64,000 bases of DNA, taken from NCBI GenBank assembly GCA_951813015.1, contig CATOTG010000011.1, positions 129,889 through 193,888 of the forward strand. Reading direction: 5' to 3'. Position 1 is the first letter of the stretch, and every line of letters begins with the position of its first letter. Made by a program: the position numbers and the translations under genes. Of this stretch, positions 29,454 through 40,424 are shown piece after piece. The notes beneath the pieces are model-generated. The model did no database searches. It had not been told where the DNA came from and saw only the letters and a program-made list of their open reading frames with translations. Source of the stretch: an uncultured Thermoanaerobaculia bacterium. Its GTDB lineage: Bacteria; Acidobacteriota; Thermoanaerobaculia; Multivoradales; Multivoraceae.

Positions 29454-32234
29454 ATGGGAGACCTGCTGTTCCTGGCCGCGGCGTTCACGCTCGCTCCGGC
29501 CGTGGCCCTGTCCGCTCCGGCCGCGGTCGCCTGGTCCCTGCGTCCGGCGTGGAGAGGATTCGCGCTCGCCGCACCCGTGGGCCTGCTTGCCGGCACGATC
29601 GTGCTGCAGGCCGGCCGCGCCCTCCCGGCGACCGCGGCGGCCGCTCTCGCCGCCGGCGTCGGTTCGGCCGCTCTCTGGAGCTTCCTCCGTCTTCCGGCCG
29701 CCCGCACCTTCGCGTCACTCCTTTCGGCGGCGGTCGTCGTCGCCCCGGGAATCCTGCTGCTCGACGAAGATGTCCGACGCAGTGTCCGGGTGCCGGACGG
29801 CGCCGTACCGGGTACCGGTACCGGAGCGACGGCCCCTGTCGTCCTCGTGGTCTTCGACGAGTGGTCCGTCATCTCCATTCTCGACGCCGAAGGCGAAATC
29901 GACCGCGAGCGGTTCCCCAACCTGGCCCGGCTCGCCGATCGAGCCACCTGGTACCCGAACGCCACCACGGCGTCCAACATGACGACCCACGCGGTGCCGG
30001 CGCTGCTCACCGGGGTGTCACCGGAACGAGACCGACTTCCGACCGCCTCCGATCACCCCGTCAATCTGTTCACCTCGCTTGCTCCGACTCACGATGTCGT
30101 CGCCATCGAGCCGATCACGTCCCTGTGCCCGCCGAACCTGAACCTGCTGGAGAGCGCGCGGCCGTCCTTCGCTGCGCGCGCAGGTCTGCTGATCTCCGAT
30201 CTCGGCTTCGTCTGGCTCCGTCTGACCGCGCCGGAGTCGTGGGCGGCCCGGCTGCCGCCAATCACTCGCGCCTGGAGCGGCTTCCGCGATGGCAGCTCCG
30301 ATGCCGGACGAGCGACTTTCGCCGAACGGGAACTCGTCCGATCCCAGCCTCATCGACGCAACGACGAGAGGGTGGCCGATTTCCGCCGGTTCGTCGACGC
30401 AATCGGGCCGTTCGGCGCTCGGCCCGCCCTGTACTTCGCCCATACGCTGCTGCCCCACGAGCCCTGGGAGTACCTTCCGTCCGGCCGCAGGTACGGCCGC
30501 ACCAGGGTCTACGGCCTCGTCGACGGCGCCTGGACGCGCGATCCATCGACCGTCGGACACCACCACAAGCGCTACCTCCTGCAGGTGGAATTCGTCGACC
30601 GGCTGATCGGCGAGTTGATCGCGAGACTGGAGTCGCTCGACCTGTTCGACCGGAGCGTCGTGGCCATCACCGCCGACCACGGCATCTCGTTCGAGCCCGG
30701 GGCGTCACTCCGACACCCTGACCCGGAAGCCTCCGAAGATCACGTTCTGGACCTCCTGGCGGTGCCGCTGATCGTCAAGGCGCCGTTCCAGGACCGCGCC
30801 CGGATCGACCGGCGCCCGTTGTCGCTGGTCGAGCTGATGCCGCGGCTGCTCTCGCTGGCGAGGGGCGAGTCCGGGGACCCGCCTGGTCTCCCGGCCGCCG
30901 CCGACAGACCGTTGCTGTTCGGCGAGCGCGCTTCCGAGGTTCGGATATCCGTCGACCAGGACTCCTGGCGGCGCGGGCGACTGGCGCGGCAGCGCAAGTT
31001 GCTCGGCGAGGAGAATACGCCGTGGGCCATCGGCGTGGCGCCCGAACTGCACGGTCGCGCGGTTGCCGACCTGCCGCAGCGCGACAGTGAGGTGGCCGCC
31101 CGGATGGGCTACGCCGACCTCTGGGAAGATGTCGACCCGGAAGCCGCGAGACTGCCCGCGATGGTCGACGCCGACATCGTGCCGCCCGACGCGGCCGGCG
31201 ACCGTTCCGTGGTCGTGGCGCTCAATGGAGTGGTCGCCGACTCCGTGCGTCCCTACCGCTACCCCGGCGGCCGGAACCGGATCCGCGCCTTCCTGCCCGA
31301 GGCCCTGTTCCGACCTGGCCGCAACCGGGTCGAGCTCTTCCTCACTTCCGGTCGGGGCGACGGCTTGACTCTTGAACGCCTTCGCTCCCCGCGCGTCTTC
31401 TCCTTCGAACGGGACGCCGGAAACCGGTACGAGCTGCTCCGTGGCGCGCGGGGCGAGGTCACGGGCCTGCGACGCAGCGATGCCGGCGAAACCACCCGCT
31501 CGCCACGGCATGTTCGAGTGGTACCGGGTTCGCCCGAGCTGCGCGGGCACGTCGATGCGGTCGTGCCCCTTGCGGGACGCGCCACGGATGCCGGCCTCCT
31601 GAGGATTCACGGGAGGGCATTCGACGCAGCGAATCCAGGAGAAACCAGCACGCTCGTCTTCGTTTCGGGCGATGGGACCGTGACCGCCTACACCGGTCGC
31701 GCACTGAAGGACAACGGATTCCGGCTGCAACTGCCGGCCGACCCGGAACTCGTGGAGAAGCAGGGCATTCTCGCCTTCCTGGTTGGTCATCGGGAGGTCG
31801 CGGCGCCGCTTCAGTTCTTCTATCGACCGCTCCAGGGAGTGCGCGGCGGCGGGGAGTTCCTGACCGTCTCCGATGGCCGCCGGCTCCCGGTGCGGTCGCC
31901 GGGCGACGGTCTCGAAGGCGCGGTCGAACTGGTCGAGGCCGCAGGCGAGACGACGCAGATCCGCGGTTGGGCGGCAGACCGTTCTCAACGAGAGGCGGCA
32001 CGGGAGATCGTCGTCTACCGGGACGGCAGCTCGCTCACCAATCTGGGGCCCGGCGAGCTTGAACGCTCCGACATCGCCGAGCGATTCGCCGATCCGCGCC
32101 TTCTGCGGACCGGCTTCGGCGGTCCGGTGCCGGGCAGCCCGCTGCCTTCAGCCTTCGCCAGGCGCCATCGCGTCTTCGCGCTGATGACCCGCGGCGTTGC
32201 CTTGGAACTGCCGCTCGAACCGCCGTCCGACTGA
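29454..32234 (+). CDS. membrane-anchored sulfatase / alkaline-phosphatase-superfamily protein (LTA-synthase/phosphotransferase-like) with long C-terminal extension
   Basis: Multi-TM N-terminus. Sulfatase core: VVLVVFDEWS...TTHAVPALLTG...ITADHGISF. Part of the alternate-frame mega-ORF 26847..32234. First in-frame ATG is at 29454; the true start may lie further upstream. Confidence 0.65.
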   Translation: MGDLLFLAAAFTLAPAVALSAPAAVAWSLRPAWRGFALAAPVGLLAGTIVLQAGRALPATAAAALAAGVGSAALWSFLRLPAARTFASLLSAAVVVAPGILLLDEDVRRSVRVPDGAVPGTGTGATAPVVLVVFDEWSVISILDAEGEIDRERFPNLARLADRATWYPNATTASNMTTHAVPALLTGVSPERDRLPTASDHPVNLFTSLAPTHDVVAIEPITSLCPPNLNLLESARPSFAARAGLLISDLGFVWLRLTAPESWAARLPPITRAWSGFRDGSSDAGRATFAERELVRSQPHRRNDERVADFRRFVDAIGPFGARPALYFAHTLLPHEPWEYLPSGRRYGRTRVYGLVDGAWTRDPSTVGHHHKRYLLQVEFVDRLIGELIARLESLDLFDRSVVAITADHGISFEPGASLRHPDPEASEDHVLDLLAVPLIVKAPFQDRARIDRRPLSLVELMPRLLSLARGESGDPPGLPAAADRPLLFGERASEVRISVDQDSWRRGRLARQRKLLGEENTPWAIGVAPELHGRAVADLPQRDSEVAARMGYADLWEDVDPEAARLPAMVDADIVPPDAAGDRSVVVALNGVVADSVRPYRYPGGRNRIRAFLPEALFRPGRNRVELFLTSGRGDGLTLERLRSPRVFSFERDAGNRYELLRGARGEVTGLRRSDAGETTRSPRHVRVVPGSPELRGHVDAVVPLAGRATDAGLLRIHGRAFDAANPGETSTLVFVSGDGTVTAYTGRALKDNGFRLQLPADPELVEKQGILAFLVGHREVAAPLQFFYRPLQGVRGGGEFLTVSDGRRLPVRSPGDGLEGAVELVEAAGETTQIRGWAADRSQREAAREIVVYRDGSSLTNLGPGELERSDIAERFADPRLLRTGFGGPVPGSPLPSAFARRHRVFALMTRGVALELPLEPPSD

Positions 32235-32251
32235 GCGAGGCACGGGCGGCT

Positions 32252-33670
32252 CTATCCGGGGCGCGTGCCGATCAGCGCGTAGTCGCGACAACCGTAAAGC
32301 AGGTCGTCGAGCTCGTCGCGGAGACGGTTGAGCCGGTCCGCCAGTTCCCGGGATTGCCCGTCCAGCCCATCGAGCGGGATCTCCGGCAGGCGCTCCTCTT
32401 CGGGGTAGGGACGCAGGTCGAATTGTTCGACGCGTGCAAACCCGGCGCTCTCGTAGCTGGCGCGCAGCGTTTCCGGGTGAACCGGCCGCACATGCGTCGG
32501 GTCGAGCCAGAAGCTGCCCGCGGTCACGGCCACCGAGAGTGGATTCGGCGTCTCGAGCAGGAGAATCCCCCCCGGGCGCAGGGCCGTCCAGGCGAGGCGC
32601 ACCAGCCGGTCAACCGCTTTCGGCGGCAGGTGTTCGATCACGTGGAAGGACACGATGCCGCCCAGCGATCCAGGCTCGACGCCGGCGAGGGCGCCCGGCA
32701 GTTCCCCCTGCTCGACCTGGAGGCCCTGCCGGGAGCAGCGCCGCACCATGGCGCCGGAGGAATCGATGCCGCGACAGCGGATGCCCTCCTCCTGAAGCAG
32801 CGCCAGCGCCTCGCCACGGCCGCAGCCGAGGTCCAGGACCGGCGCCGCCTGGCGAAGCCGTGGCAGCCAGGAACGGACGCGCTGCCGGATCTCCCGTTCG
32901 CCGCCGCGAAACCGGTTCTCGAAGTCCAGGTAGGAGGCGTCGTCGACGCTCGAGCGAAGCATGGCCGCCTCCTCGTCACCGTCCCTGGCCAGGGCCGAGC
33001 GCAGGAGGCCGGCGAGCTCATCCGCCTCGCGCCGGTACCGGTCCAGCTTGCGGTCGACGCGCCCGAAGAGCGCGTCATCGTGACGCATGACCTCGTCCAG
33101 GCCCTGGCGCAGGAAGTTCTCCAGATGGCTCGTCCGCCCATCCAGTTCTTCGATGCGCCGCTCAAGGTCCCGGTCGACCCGTTCCTGGTGCTCGAGACGT
33201 CGGCCGAGGTCCTGGACGTGCCCCAGCAGGATCAGGTTGAAGATCCGCTGGCGCTCCCACAGGTCCTTCTGCGGCAGGTGGACCAGCGGACGCAGCAGCC
33301 GCTTGAAGGCCACCAGGACCCGCCCGGCAAGGCCGCGGTGGCTACGAATGGGGAACGGGAGATCCCGTTCCCAGAGCTGGCGCCAGTCCTCGAGCCGACG
33401 GGTGGGCCGGTCGCCGAGAAAGGCCTCGACTTCCGGCGGTCCGCCATCGCGGCCAACCGCTTCGCCGCCGGCCGTTTCGCCGCCGGCCGTTTCGCCGCCG
33501 GCCGCTTCTCCGCCGGCCGTTTCGCCGCCGGCCGCTTCTCCGCCGGAGGGGGCGGTTTGCCCGGGTGTCCCGGCCGTGACCTTCCCTTCGCTGGAATCCT
33601 CAGGTCTCAGGCACAACCTCGACTGCGACTTCGGCGATGACCTCCGTGTGGAGGTCGACCCGAACGACAT
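32252..33670 (-). CDS. class I SAM-dependent methyltransferase with N-terminal (GGEAA/GGETA)n repeat
   Basis: Motif I VLDLGCGRGEAL. Methyltransf_11/23-like core. N-terminal pentapeptide repeats are encoded by the 15-bp tandem array at 33461-33546. The ATG at 33670 overlaps the rplI 3' end by 70 nt; the start is uncertain. Confidence 0.65.
   Translation of the reverse strand: MSFGSTSTRRSSPKSQSRLCLRPEDSSEGKVTAGTPGQTAPSGGEAAGGETAGGEAAGGETAGGETAGGEAVGRDGGPPEVEAFLGDRPTRRLEDWRQLWERDLPFPIRSHRGLAGRVLVAFKRLLRPLVHLPQKDLWERQRIFNLILLGHVQDLGRRLEHQERVDRDLERRIEELDGRTSHLENFLRQGLDEVMRHDDALFGRVDRKLDRYRREADELAGLLRSALARDGDEEAAMLRSSVDDASYLDFENRFRGGEREIRQRVRSWLPRLRQAAPVLDLGCGRGEALALLQEEGIRCRGIDSSGAMVRRCSRQGLQVEQGELPGALAGVEPGSLGGIVSFHVIEHLPPKAVDRLVRLAWTALRPGGILLLETPNPLSVAVTAGSFWLDPTHVRPVHPETLRASYESAGFARVEQFDLRPYPEEERLPEIPLDGLDGQSRELADRLNRLRDELDDLLYGCRDYALIGTRPG
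33461..33546. repeat. 15-bp tandem repeat (ttcgccgccggccgt-like unit, ~5.7 copies)
   Basis: Seen directly. Copies differ at 1-2 positions (cgtttcg vs cgcttct). Confidence 0.85.
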
Positions 33671-34046
33671 GCTTGCCCAAGGCCTTGATTCCGCCCGTCA
33701 GGTCCACCATCCGGCGATGGAGCTGGACACCTTTGGAGGCGAGCGCCTCGACGATCTCCGTCGGCGTCACGGAGCCGTAGAGAGTTCCCGTCTCGCTGGC
33801 CCGCTTGGCGATCTTGATCTTCAGCGCCGCCAGTTCGGCAGCGACCTCGGCGGCAGCCGAGCGTTCGGCCGCGTGCCGGACATCGAACTTCGATCGTTGC
33901 GACTCGAACCAGTGCCGGTTCGCCACCGTCGACGGCGCCGCAAGTTCCCTCGGATACAGGTAGTTCCGCGCGTAGCCGGGCTTCACGTCGACGACCTCGC
34001 CACGCCCGCCGAGCCCCCTCATGTCCTGGAGCAGGATGACTTCCAT
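33600..34046 (-). CDS. rplI: 50S ribosomal protein L9
   Basis: MEVILLQDMRGLGGRGEVVDVKPGYARNYLYP. Confidence 0.9.
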   Translation of the reverse strand: MEVILLQDMRGLGGRGEVVDVKPGYARNYLYPRELAAPSTVANRHWFESQRSKFDVRHAAERSAAAEVAAELAALKIKIAKRASETGTLYGSVTPTEIVEALASKGVQLHRRMVDLTGGIKALGKHVVRVDLHTEVIAEVAVEVVPET

Positions 34047-34082
34047 GTTGCGTTCCTCTTCCCTTCCCTGTCCTGCGGCCGT

Positions 34083-34313
34083 TCAGTCCGTGGTGTACGG
34101 AATCAGGGCCAGGAAGCGCGCACGCCGAATGGCGCGGGCCAGCATTCTCTGGTGGCGGGCTGAATTGCCCGAAATTCTGCGGGGGAGGACCTTCGCCCTC
34201 TCAGGCACGAAGGGCCGCAGGGTCGCTACGTCCTTGTAGTCGATGTACTCGATCCCGTCCACGGTGAACTTGCACACCTTGCGGCGGCGGAAGAAGGTCT
34301 TTCGTTTCGGCAT
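34083..34313 (-). CDS. rpsR: 30S ribosomal protein S18
   Basis: [27 protein letters not shown]...[21 protein letters not shown]. Confidence 0.9.
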   Translation of the reverse strand: MPKRKTFFRRRKVCKFTVDGIEYIDYKDVATLRPFVPERAKVLPRRISGNSARHQRMLARAIRRARFLALIPYTTD

Positions 34314-34326
34314 TGTCTCTGTTCCC

Positions 34327-34698
34327 CTATTGGCCTGTGGCCTCGGCGAGGACCGTCGTCTGGACCGGCGCCTTGCCCTTGCTTGCCGCGCGCTTCAGGT
34401 CGCGGTCCGTCCGCACGACAAGATGGCGGAGCACGCGCTCGTTCTGGAGCATCCGCTGCCCGACCTCGGCGAGGCTGTTGTCGCCTCCGTCCGACTCCAG
34501 GTAGTAGATGTGGTACCGACCCTCGGTGAACTTCTTGATCGGATAGGCAAGCCGCCGCTTGCCCCAGGACTCTTCCTGGCTGATCCGGGTCTTGCCGTCC
34601 GCCACCAGCATCTCGCCAAAACCGTCGCTCAACTGCACCGCCTCCTCATCCGAGAGACGTGGGTCCGCAATGAAGACCAGTTCGTATGTCCGTGTCAA
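34327..34698 (-). CDS. rpsF: 30S ribosomal protein S6
   Basis: [19 protein letters not shown]...[12 protein letters not shown]. Confidence 0.9.
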   Translation of the reverse strand: MTRTYELVFIADPRLSDEEAVQLSDGFGEMLVADGKTRISQEESWGKRRLAYPIKKFTEGRYHIYYLESDGGDNSLAEVGQRMLQNERVLRHLVVRTDRDLKRAASKGKAPVQTTVLAEATGQ

Positions 34699-34828
34699 TC
34701 GTTCATCCTCGTCAGGTTCTCCACGAAGCCGCGCATCGTCGCGAGTTCGGTTGGCTGTTTCTCCGTTCCACGCCGGCAGGCGCCTGAGGCCGCAGCGAAT
34801 CGGCGGCGGAATTTATCACGGTTGTCGG

Positions 34829-36900
<2,072 letters not shown>

Positions 36901-36901
<1 letters not shown>

Positions 36902-36963
36902 TATCCGTTTCCCCTCAATCCCTGGTAAGAGTTCATCCGTTCCTGCCCCTGGTAAGAGTCCAT
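36901..36963 (-). CDS. putative 20-codon upstream ORF ([20 protein letters not shown]) formed by a 27-bp tandem repeat; its stop overlaps the hppA GTG (TAGTG)
   Basis: Derived by hand from the reverse complement of 36901-36976. AGGA lies 4 nt before the ATG. Speculative. Confidence 0.3.
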
Positions 36964-36973
36964 CCGTTCCTGC
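36920..36973. repeat. perfect-period 27-bp tandem direct repeat (ccctggtaagagtYcatccgttcctgc x2) filling the pth-hppA intergenic region
   Basis: Seen directly. One mismatch between copies. Confidence 0.85.
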
Positions 36974-36976
36974 AAC

Positions 36977-37549
36977 TCATCCGTTGTACTCGTTCATCGT
37001 GATGTCGACGCCCCGGTCGACCCAGCTCAGGACGCAGTCGGCGGCGCGGGCCACCATGCGTTCCGCGGCTTCGACTTCCCCGGCAGCGAACGGGGCGAGC
37101 ACGAAATCCGAGAGCACCGCCTCCCTGCCGCCGGCACGCCCGTCCGCCTGTCCCGCCTCGTCCGCCGCGATGCCCAGCCTCAGCCGGGGCACCGCCGTGG
37201 TGCGCAGATTCTCGATGATCGACTCCATTCCGCGATGGCCGCCCGGACTGCCCCTGCCGCGAAGGCGCAACCTTCCCAGAGGCAGATGGACTTCGTCGTA
37301 GACGACCAGGATGTTCTCGGGAGCATAGCCATTCCGTTCACTGAGGCATCGCGCGCTGTAGCCGCTGCGGTTCATGTAGGTCCGGGGAGTTGCCAGGTCG
37401 ACCCGCCCGCCGGCGGCCCAGAGTGCGCCGCAGACCTCCACGCCGAGGCGGACGTCGAGTCGCCGCGCCAGTTCCTCGACAACGCGGAAGCCGAGATTGT
37501 GACGGGTGCCGGCATACTCCTCTCCCGGATTGCCAAGACCGAGGACCAG
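36977..37549 (-). CDS. pth: peptidyl-tRNA hydrolase
   Basis: LVLGLGNPGEEYAGTRHNLGF N-terminus. No ATG/GTG/TTG lies between the rplY stop (37560) and the conserved N-terminus. An in-frame CTG sits at 37549. The track ORF start at 37759 runs through rplY. Confidence 0.75.
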   Translation of the reverse strand: MVLGLGNPGEEYAGTRHNLGFRVVEELARRLDVRLGVEVCGALWAAGGRVDLATPRTYMNRSGYSARCLSERNGYAPENILVVYDEVHLPLGRLRLRGRGSPGGHRGMESIIENLRTTAVPRLRLGIAADEAGQADGRAGGREAVLSDFVLAPFAAGEVEAAERMVARAADCVLSWVDRGVDITMNEYNG

Positions 37550-37559
37550 CCGCGACGTG

Positions 37560-38228
37560 CTAGTCGTCTTCGCCCTCCGCCTCGTCGCTGGCGCCGACCA
37601 TGGCGGGCTCCTCGCCGAACGCCTCGAGCAGATCGTCCTCCCCGGTCGTCTCTTCCTCCTCTTCCACGAGTCTCGGGGCGGCGACCGACACGACAACGCG
37701 GCTTTCGTCGTCTTCGAGCCGCACCGCATCCGGAAGCGTGAGCTCGCCGGTTTCCACATGCTGGCCGATGTGCAGCGGCGCCACGTCGAGTTCGATCGAA
37801 GACGGAATGTCGCCGGGCAGGCAGACGACGGCGATCTCGCGGGTGACGAACTCCACGATGCCGCCCTCGTTCCTGACTCCTTCGGGAGTTCCGATCAGCG
37901 CGATCGGGACCGAGACCTGGACTTCCTGATCCATCTTGACTCGTTGAAAGTCGATGTGGACCAGCGCGCCGGTCAGAGGATTCCACTGCAGGTCGCGGAT
38001 CATCGTGTGGCGCGTGCGATCCGTTCCCTCCAACTGAAGCTGGAAGACGGCGTTCTCGCCGCCCTCCCGGATCAGGGTCTGCACGCTCTTGCCGTCGATG
38101 CGTATCGCAGCCGAGTCCGCGTCGCCGCCGTAGACCACGGCCGGGATTTCACCCGCCGCGCGCAGGCGGCGGTTGGCGTTCTTGCCGGTCTGCTCGCGCA
38201 GCCGCACACTGACTGTCGGTTCGCTCAC
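37560..38228 (-). CDS. rplY: 50S ribosomal protein L25 / general stress protein Ctc
   Basis: L25 N-terminal domain (RLRAAGEIPAVVYGG) plus Ctc-type C-terminal extension with an acidic tail. Confidence 0.85.
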   Translation of the reverse strand: MSEPTVSVRLREQTGKNANRRLRAAGEIPAVVYGGDADSAAIRIDGKSVQTLIREGGENAVFQLQLEGTDRTRHTMIRDLQWNPLTGALVHIDFQRVKMDQEVQVSVPIALIGTPEGVRNEGGIVEFVTREIAVVCLPGDIPSSIELDVAPLHIGQHVETGELTLPDAVRLEDDESRVVVSVAAPRLVEEEEETTGEDDLLEAFGEEPAMVGASDEAEGEDD

Positions 38229-38258
38229 TTCGAGCTCCTTGAGGGGAAAACGAACAGC

Positions 38259-39200
38259 TCAGACGAAAAGGGACGTCACCGAGCTGTTGTCGTGGATTCT
38301 GCGGATTGCCTCGCCCAGCAGGGCCGCGACGCTATGGGGACGCAGCCGCGTGCTCCGGGCGAGCTTGTCCTCGAGCGGCGTCGTGTTCGTCACCAGCACG
38401 CCCTCGAGCTTCGAGTCTTCGATTCGTTCGATCGCGGAAGCCGAGAGGACACCGTGTACTCCGGCGGCGAAGATCCTCCGAGCTCCCTGCACGGCCAGCG
38501 ACTCGACCGAGTTGAGCAACGTGCCGCCGGTATCGACGATGTCGTCGAGGATCAGGACGTCCCGGCCCCTCACGTCGCCGATCACGTTCATCACCTCGGC
38601 CTTGTTCGCGGCCACCCGCCGCTTGTCGATGATCGCGAGTTCCGTGTCCAGGCGCTTGGCGATGGCCCGCGCCCTCGCCACGCCGCCGGCGTCCGGCGCC
38701 ACGATCATCAGGTCGTCGATGCCCAGCGCCCTGATCGCGTCGAGGAGCACCGGCGCCGCGAAGAGGTGATCGACCGGAATGTCGAAGTAGCCCGAGATCT
38801 GCCCGGCGTGAACGTCCATCGTCAGCAGCCGGTCCGCTCCCGCAGCGGTGATGACGTCCGCGACCAGCTTGGCCGTGATCGGCACCCGCGGCTTGTCCTT
38901 CTTGTCCTGGCGGGCGTACCCGTAGTACGGAATCACGGCGGTCACCCGCGCCGCCGAGGCTCGCTTGACCGCGTCCAGCATGATGAGCAGCTCAACGAGG
39001 TTGTCGTTGACCGGAGTACAGGTCGGCTGGACGATGAACACGTCGGTGCCGCGAACGTTCTCCTGGATCTGACAGAAGATTTCGCCGTCGGCAAAGTTGT
39101 AGGCCGTGACCTGCCCCGGCGCCATGCCCAGATAGCTGCAGATCTCGTTCGTCAGTGCCGGGTGCGCCCGGCCACCGAAGATCTTCAGCTCCGTGTACAT
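38259..39200 (-). CDS. prs: ribose-phosphate pyrophosphokinase
   Basis: MYTELKIFGG... PRPP-binding site DLMIVAPDAGGVARA. Divalent-cation site HGVLS. The preferred start is the internal ATG (313 aa). Confidence 0.85.
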   Translation of the reverse strand: MYTELKIFGGRAHPALTNEICSYLGMAPGQVTAYNFADGEIFCQIQENVRGTDVFIVQPTCTPVNDNLVELLIMLDAVKRASAARVTAVIPYYGYARQDKKDKPRVPITAKLVADVITAAGADRLLTMDVHAGQISGYFDIPVDHLFAAPVLLDAIRALGIDDLMIVAPDAGGVARARAIAKRLDTELAIIDKRRVAANKAEVMNVIGDVRGRDVLILDDIVDTGGTLLNSVESLAVQGARRIFAAGVHGVLSASAIERIEDSKLEGVLVTNTTPLEDKLARSTRLRPHSVAALLGEAIRRIHDNSSVTSLFV

Positions 39201-39374
39201 GGCCTGCTCAACCTTGCTGGCGTGAACCGTCATCAAGCCGCCCCGTCGCGGAGCCGCGCACCATTGCAGGGACCTTCGCGCCAGCCGCGACAATCGACGC
39301 GTACGGAGACTCTCGACACGAACAACCTCGGGCTCTGAATCTGTTGCAAGGGGGAGGAGGCCGGCGCATCCCCG

Positions 39375-39449
39375 TGGTTGGGGCGGGAGGATTCGAACCC
39401 CCGATAGCGAGATCCAAAGTCTCGTGCCTTACCACTTGGCGACGCCCCA
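39375..39449 (-). tRNA. tRNA-Gln (anticodon UUG)
   Basis: Reverse complement TGGGGCGTCGCCAAGTGGTAAGGCACGAGACTTTGGATCTCGCTATCGGGGGTTCGAATCCTCCCGCCCCAACCA. Cloverleaf folds with a 7-bp acceptor stem and U1:A72 (a Gln identity feature). Anticodon loop CUUUGGA. T-loop GGTTCGAAT. CCA is encoded. Confidence 0.85.
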
Positions 39450-39485
39450 GACGGGCCGGCGGATTGTACATGAAGCACGCGAGCC

Positions 39486-40424
39486 TCACGAGTCCGAATT
39501 CGCGCAGCGCCGCCGGCGTCGGGTCGAGGTTCGAATCACTCGCACGCCGAGGCCTTCGACCGCGCGCTCCGCGCCCTTCCAGCTACCGATCCCGAATACC
39601 GCCCCGCCGCTGCCGGAGAGCTGGGGGCCCCGGTCCGACGGGCCGGTTGCGGCGCCCCGCAACGCGAGGAGGAGCCGGTCCACCTCCGGATGCAGCCTTC
39701 GCGCGACGGGCTCCAGATCGTTTCCCCGAAGCCACGAAGCGGCTTCCGCACGCGCTGCCTCCGCGGGCAGCACGTCCACTCCCCGGTGCTCCCCGACCGG
39801 CGCCCGGACACCGCTCCAGCACCGGTAGACCTCCTCGGTGGAAACCTCCACCGCAGGCGCCGCGACGACGACCGAAGCGGCCCCGATGTCCGGCAGGGGC
39901 CTCAGTTTCTCGCCGCGGCCGGTCGCCAGCACCGTCCCGCCGACGAGGAAGAACGGAACATCCGAGCCGACCGCGGCGGCAACCGCGCGCAGATCGTCCG
40001 AGCTCAGGGGTTCGCCCCGGAGTTCCTGCAGAGCAGCCAGAGTCTCCGCCGCGTCGCTGCTCCCGCCGCCCAGGCCGCTGCCGGCCGGAATGCTCTTCCT
40101 CAGTTCGAACCGGACGCCCCGCGCCGGCTCGCCGATCGCTTCGAAGAAGGCTCGCGCGGCCACCAGGACGAGGTTCGAGTCATCCTCTGGCGCACCGCCG
40201 TCCGGCAACTCGAGAGCCAGGGGCGCGGCCGAGTCGGTCCGGCTCACCTTCAGCCGATCGCAGAGATCGATCGTCTGCAGCACGGTCGTGATCGCGTGGA
40301 AGCCGTCCGGGCGGCGACCGTGAACCCGCAGGCTCAGGTTCACCTTGGCGGGACACTCCAGACAGACACTGGTCTTCGACGGTCGCCGCCCGGCCGGTCG
40401 CGACTTCGCCAGTCGCGACGTCAC
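39486..40424 (-). CDS. ispE: 4-diphosphocytidyl-2-C-methyl-D-erythritol kinase
   Basis: PAKVNLSLRV. GHMP kinase motif PAGSGLGGGSSDAAETL. GTG start at 40424 overlaps the stop of the upstream lipoprotein gene (GTGA). The 5' 700 nt of ORF 39486..41126 are read-through. Confidence 0.8.
   Translation of the reverse strand: MTSRLAKSRPAGRRPSKTSVCLECPAKVNLSLRVHGRRPDGFHAITTVLQTIDLCDRLKVSRTDSAAPLALELPDGGAPEDDSNLVLVAARAFFEAIGEPARGVRFELRKSIPAGSGLGGGSSDAAETLAALQELRGEPLSSDDLRAVAAAVGSDVPFFLVGGTVLATGRGEKLRPLPDIGAASVVVAAPAVEVSTEEVYRCWSGVRAPVGEHRGVDVLPAEAARAEAASWLRGNDLEPVARRLHPEVDRLLLALRGAATGPSDRGPQLSGSGGAVFGIGSWKGAERAVEGLGVRVIRTSTRRRRRCANSDS

Noticed and set aside
26847-32234. 1795-aa ORF on the plus strand spanning the PBP1A and sulfatase-like genes
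   Set aside because: It is an alternate frame of mrcA for its first 2.4 kb, with RG/PA-rich low-complexity translation. Only the 3' part (from about 29454) matches a real protein family. This is typical read-through in 70% GC DNA.
33461-33546. Possible CRISPR array (short tandem repeats) in the MT gene, and a second candidate at 36920-36973
   Set aside because: The units are 15 and 27 bp, directly abutting with no spacers. There is no leader and no cas genes. They are simple tandem repeats, not CRISPR.
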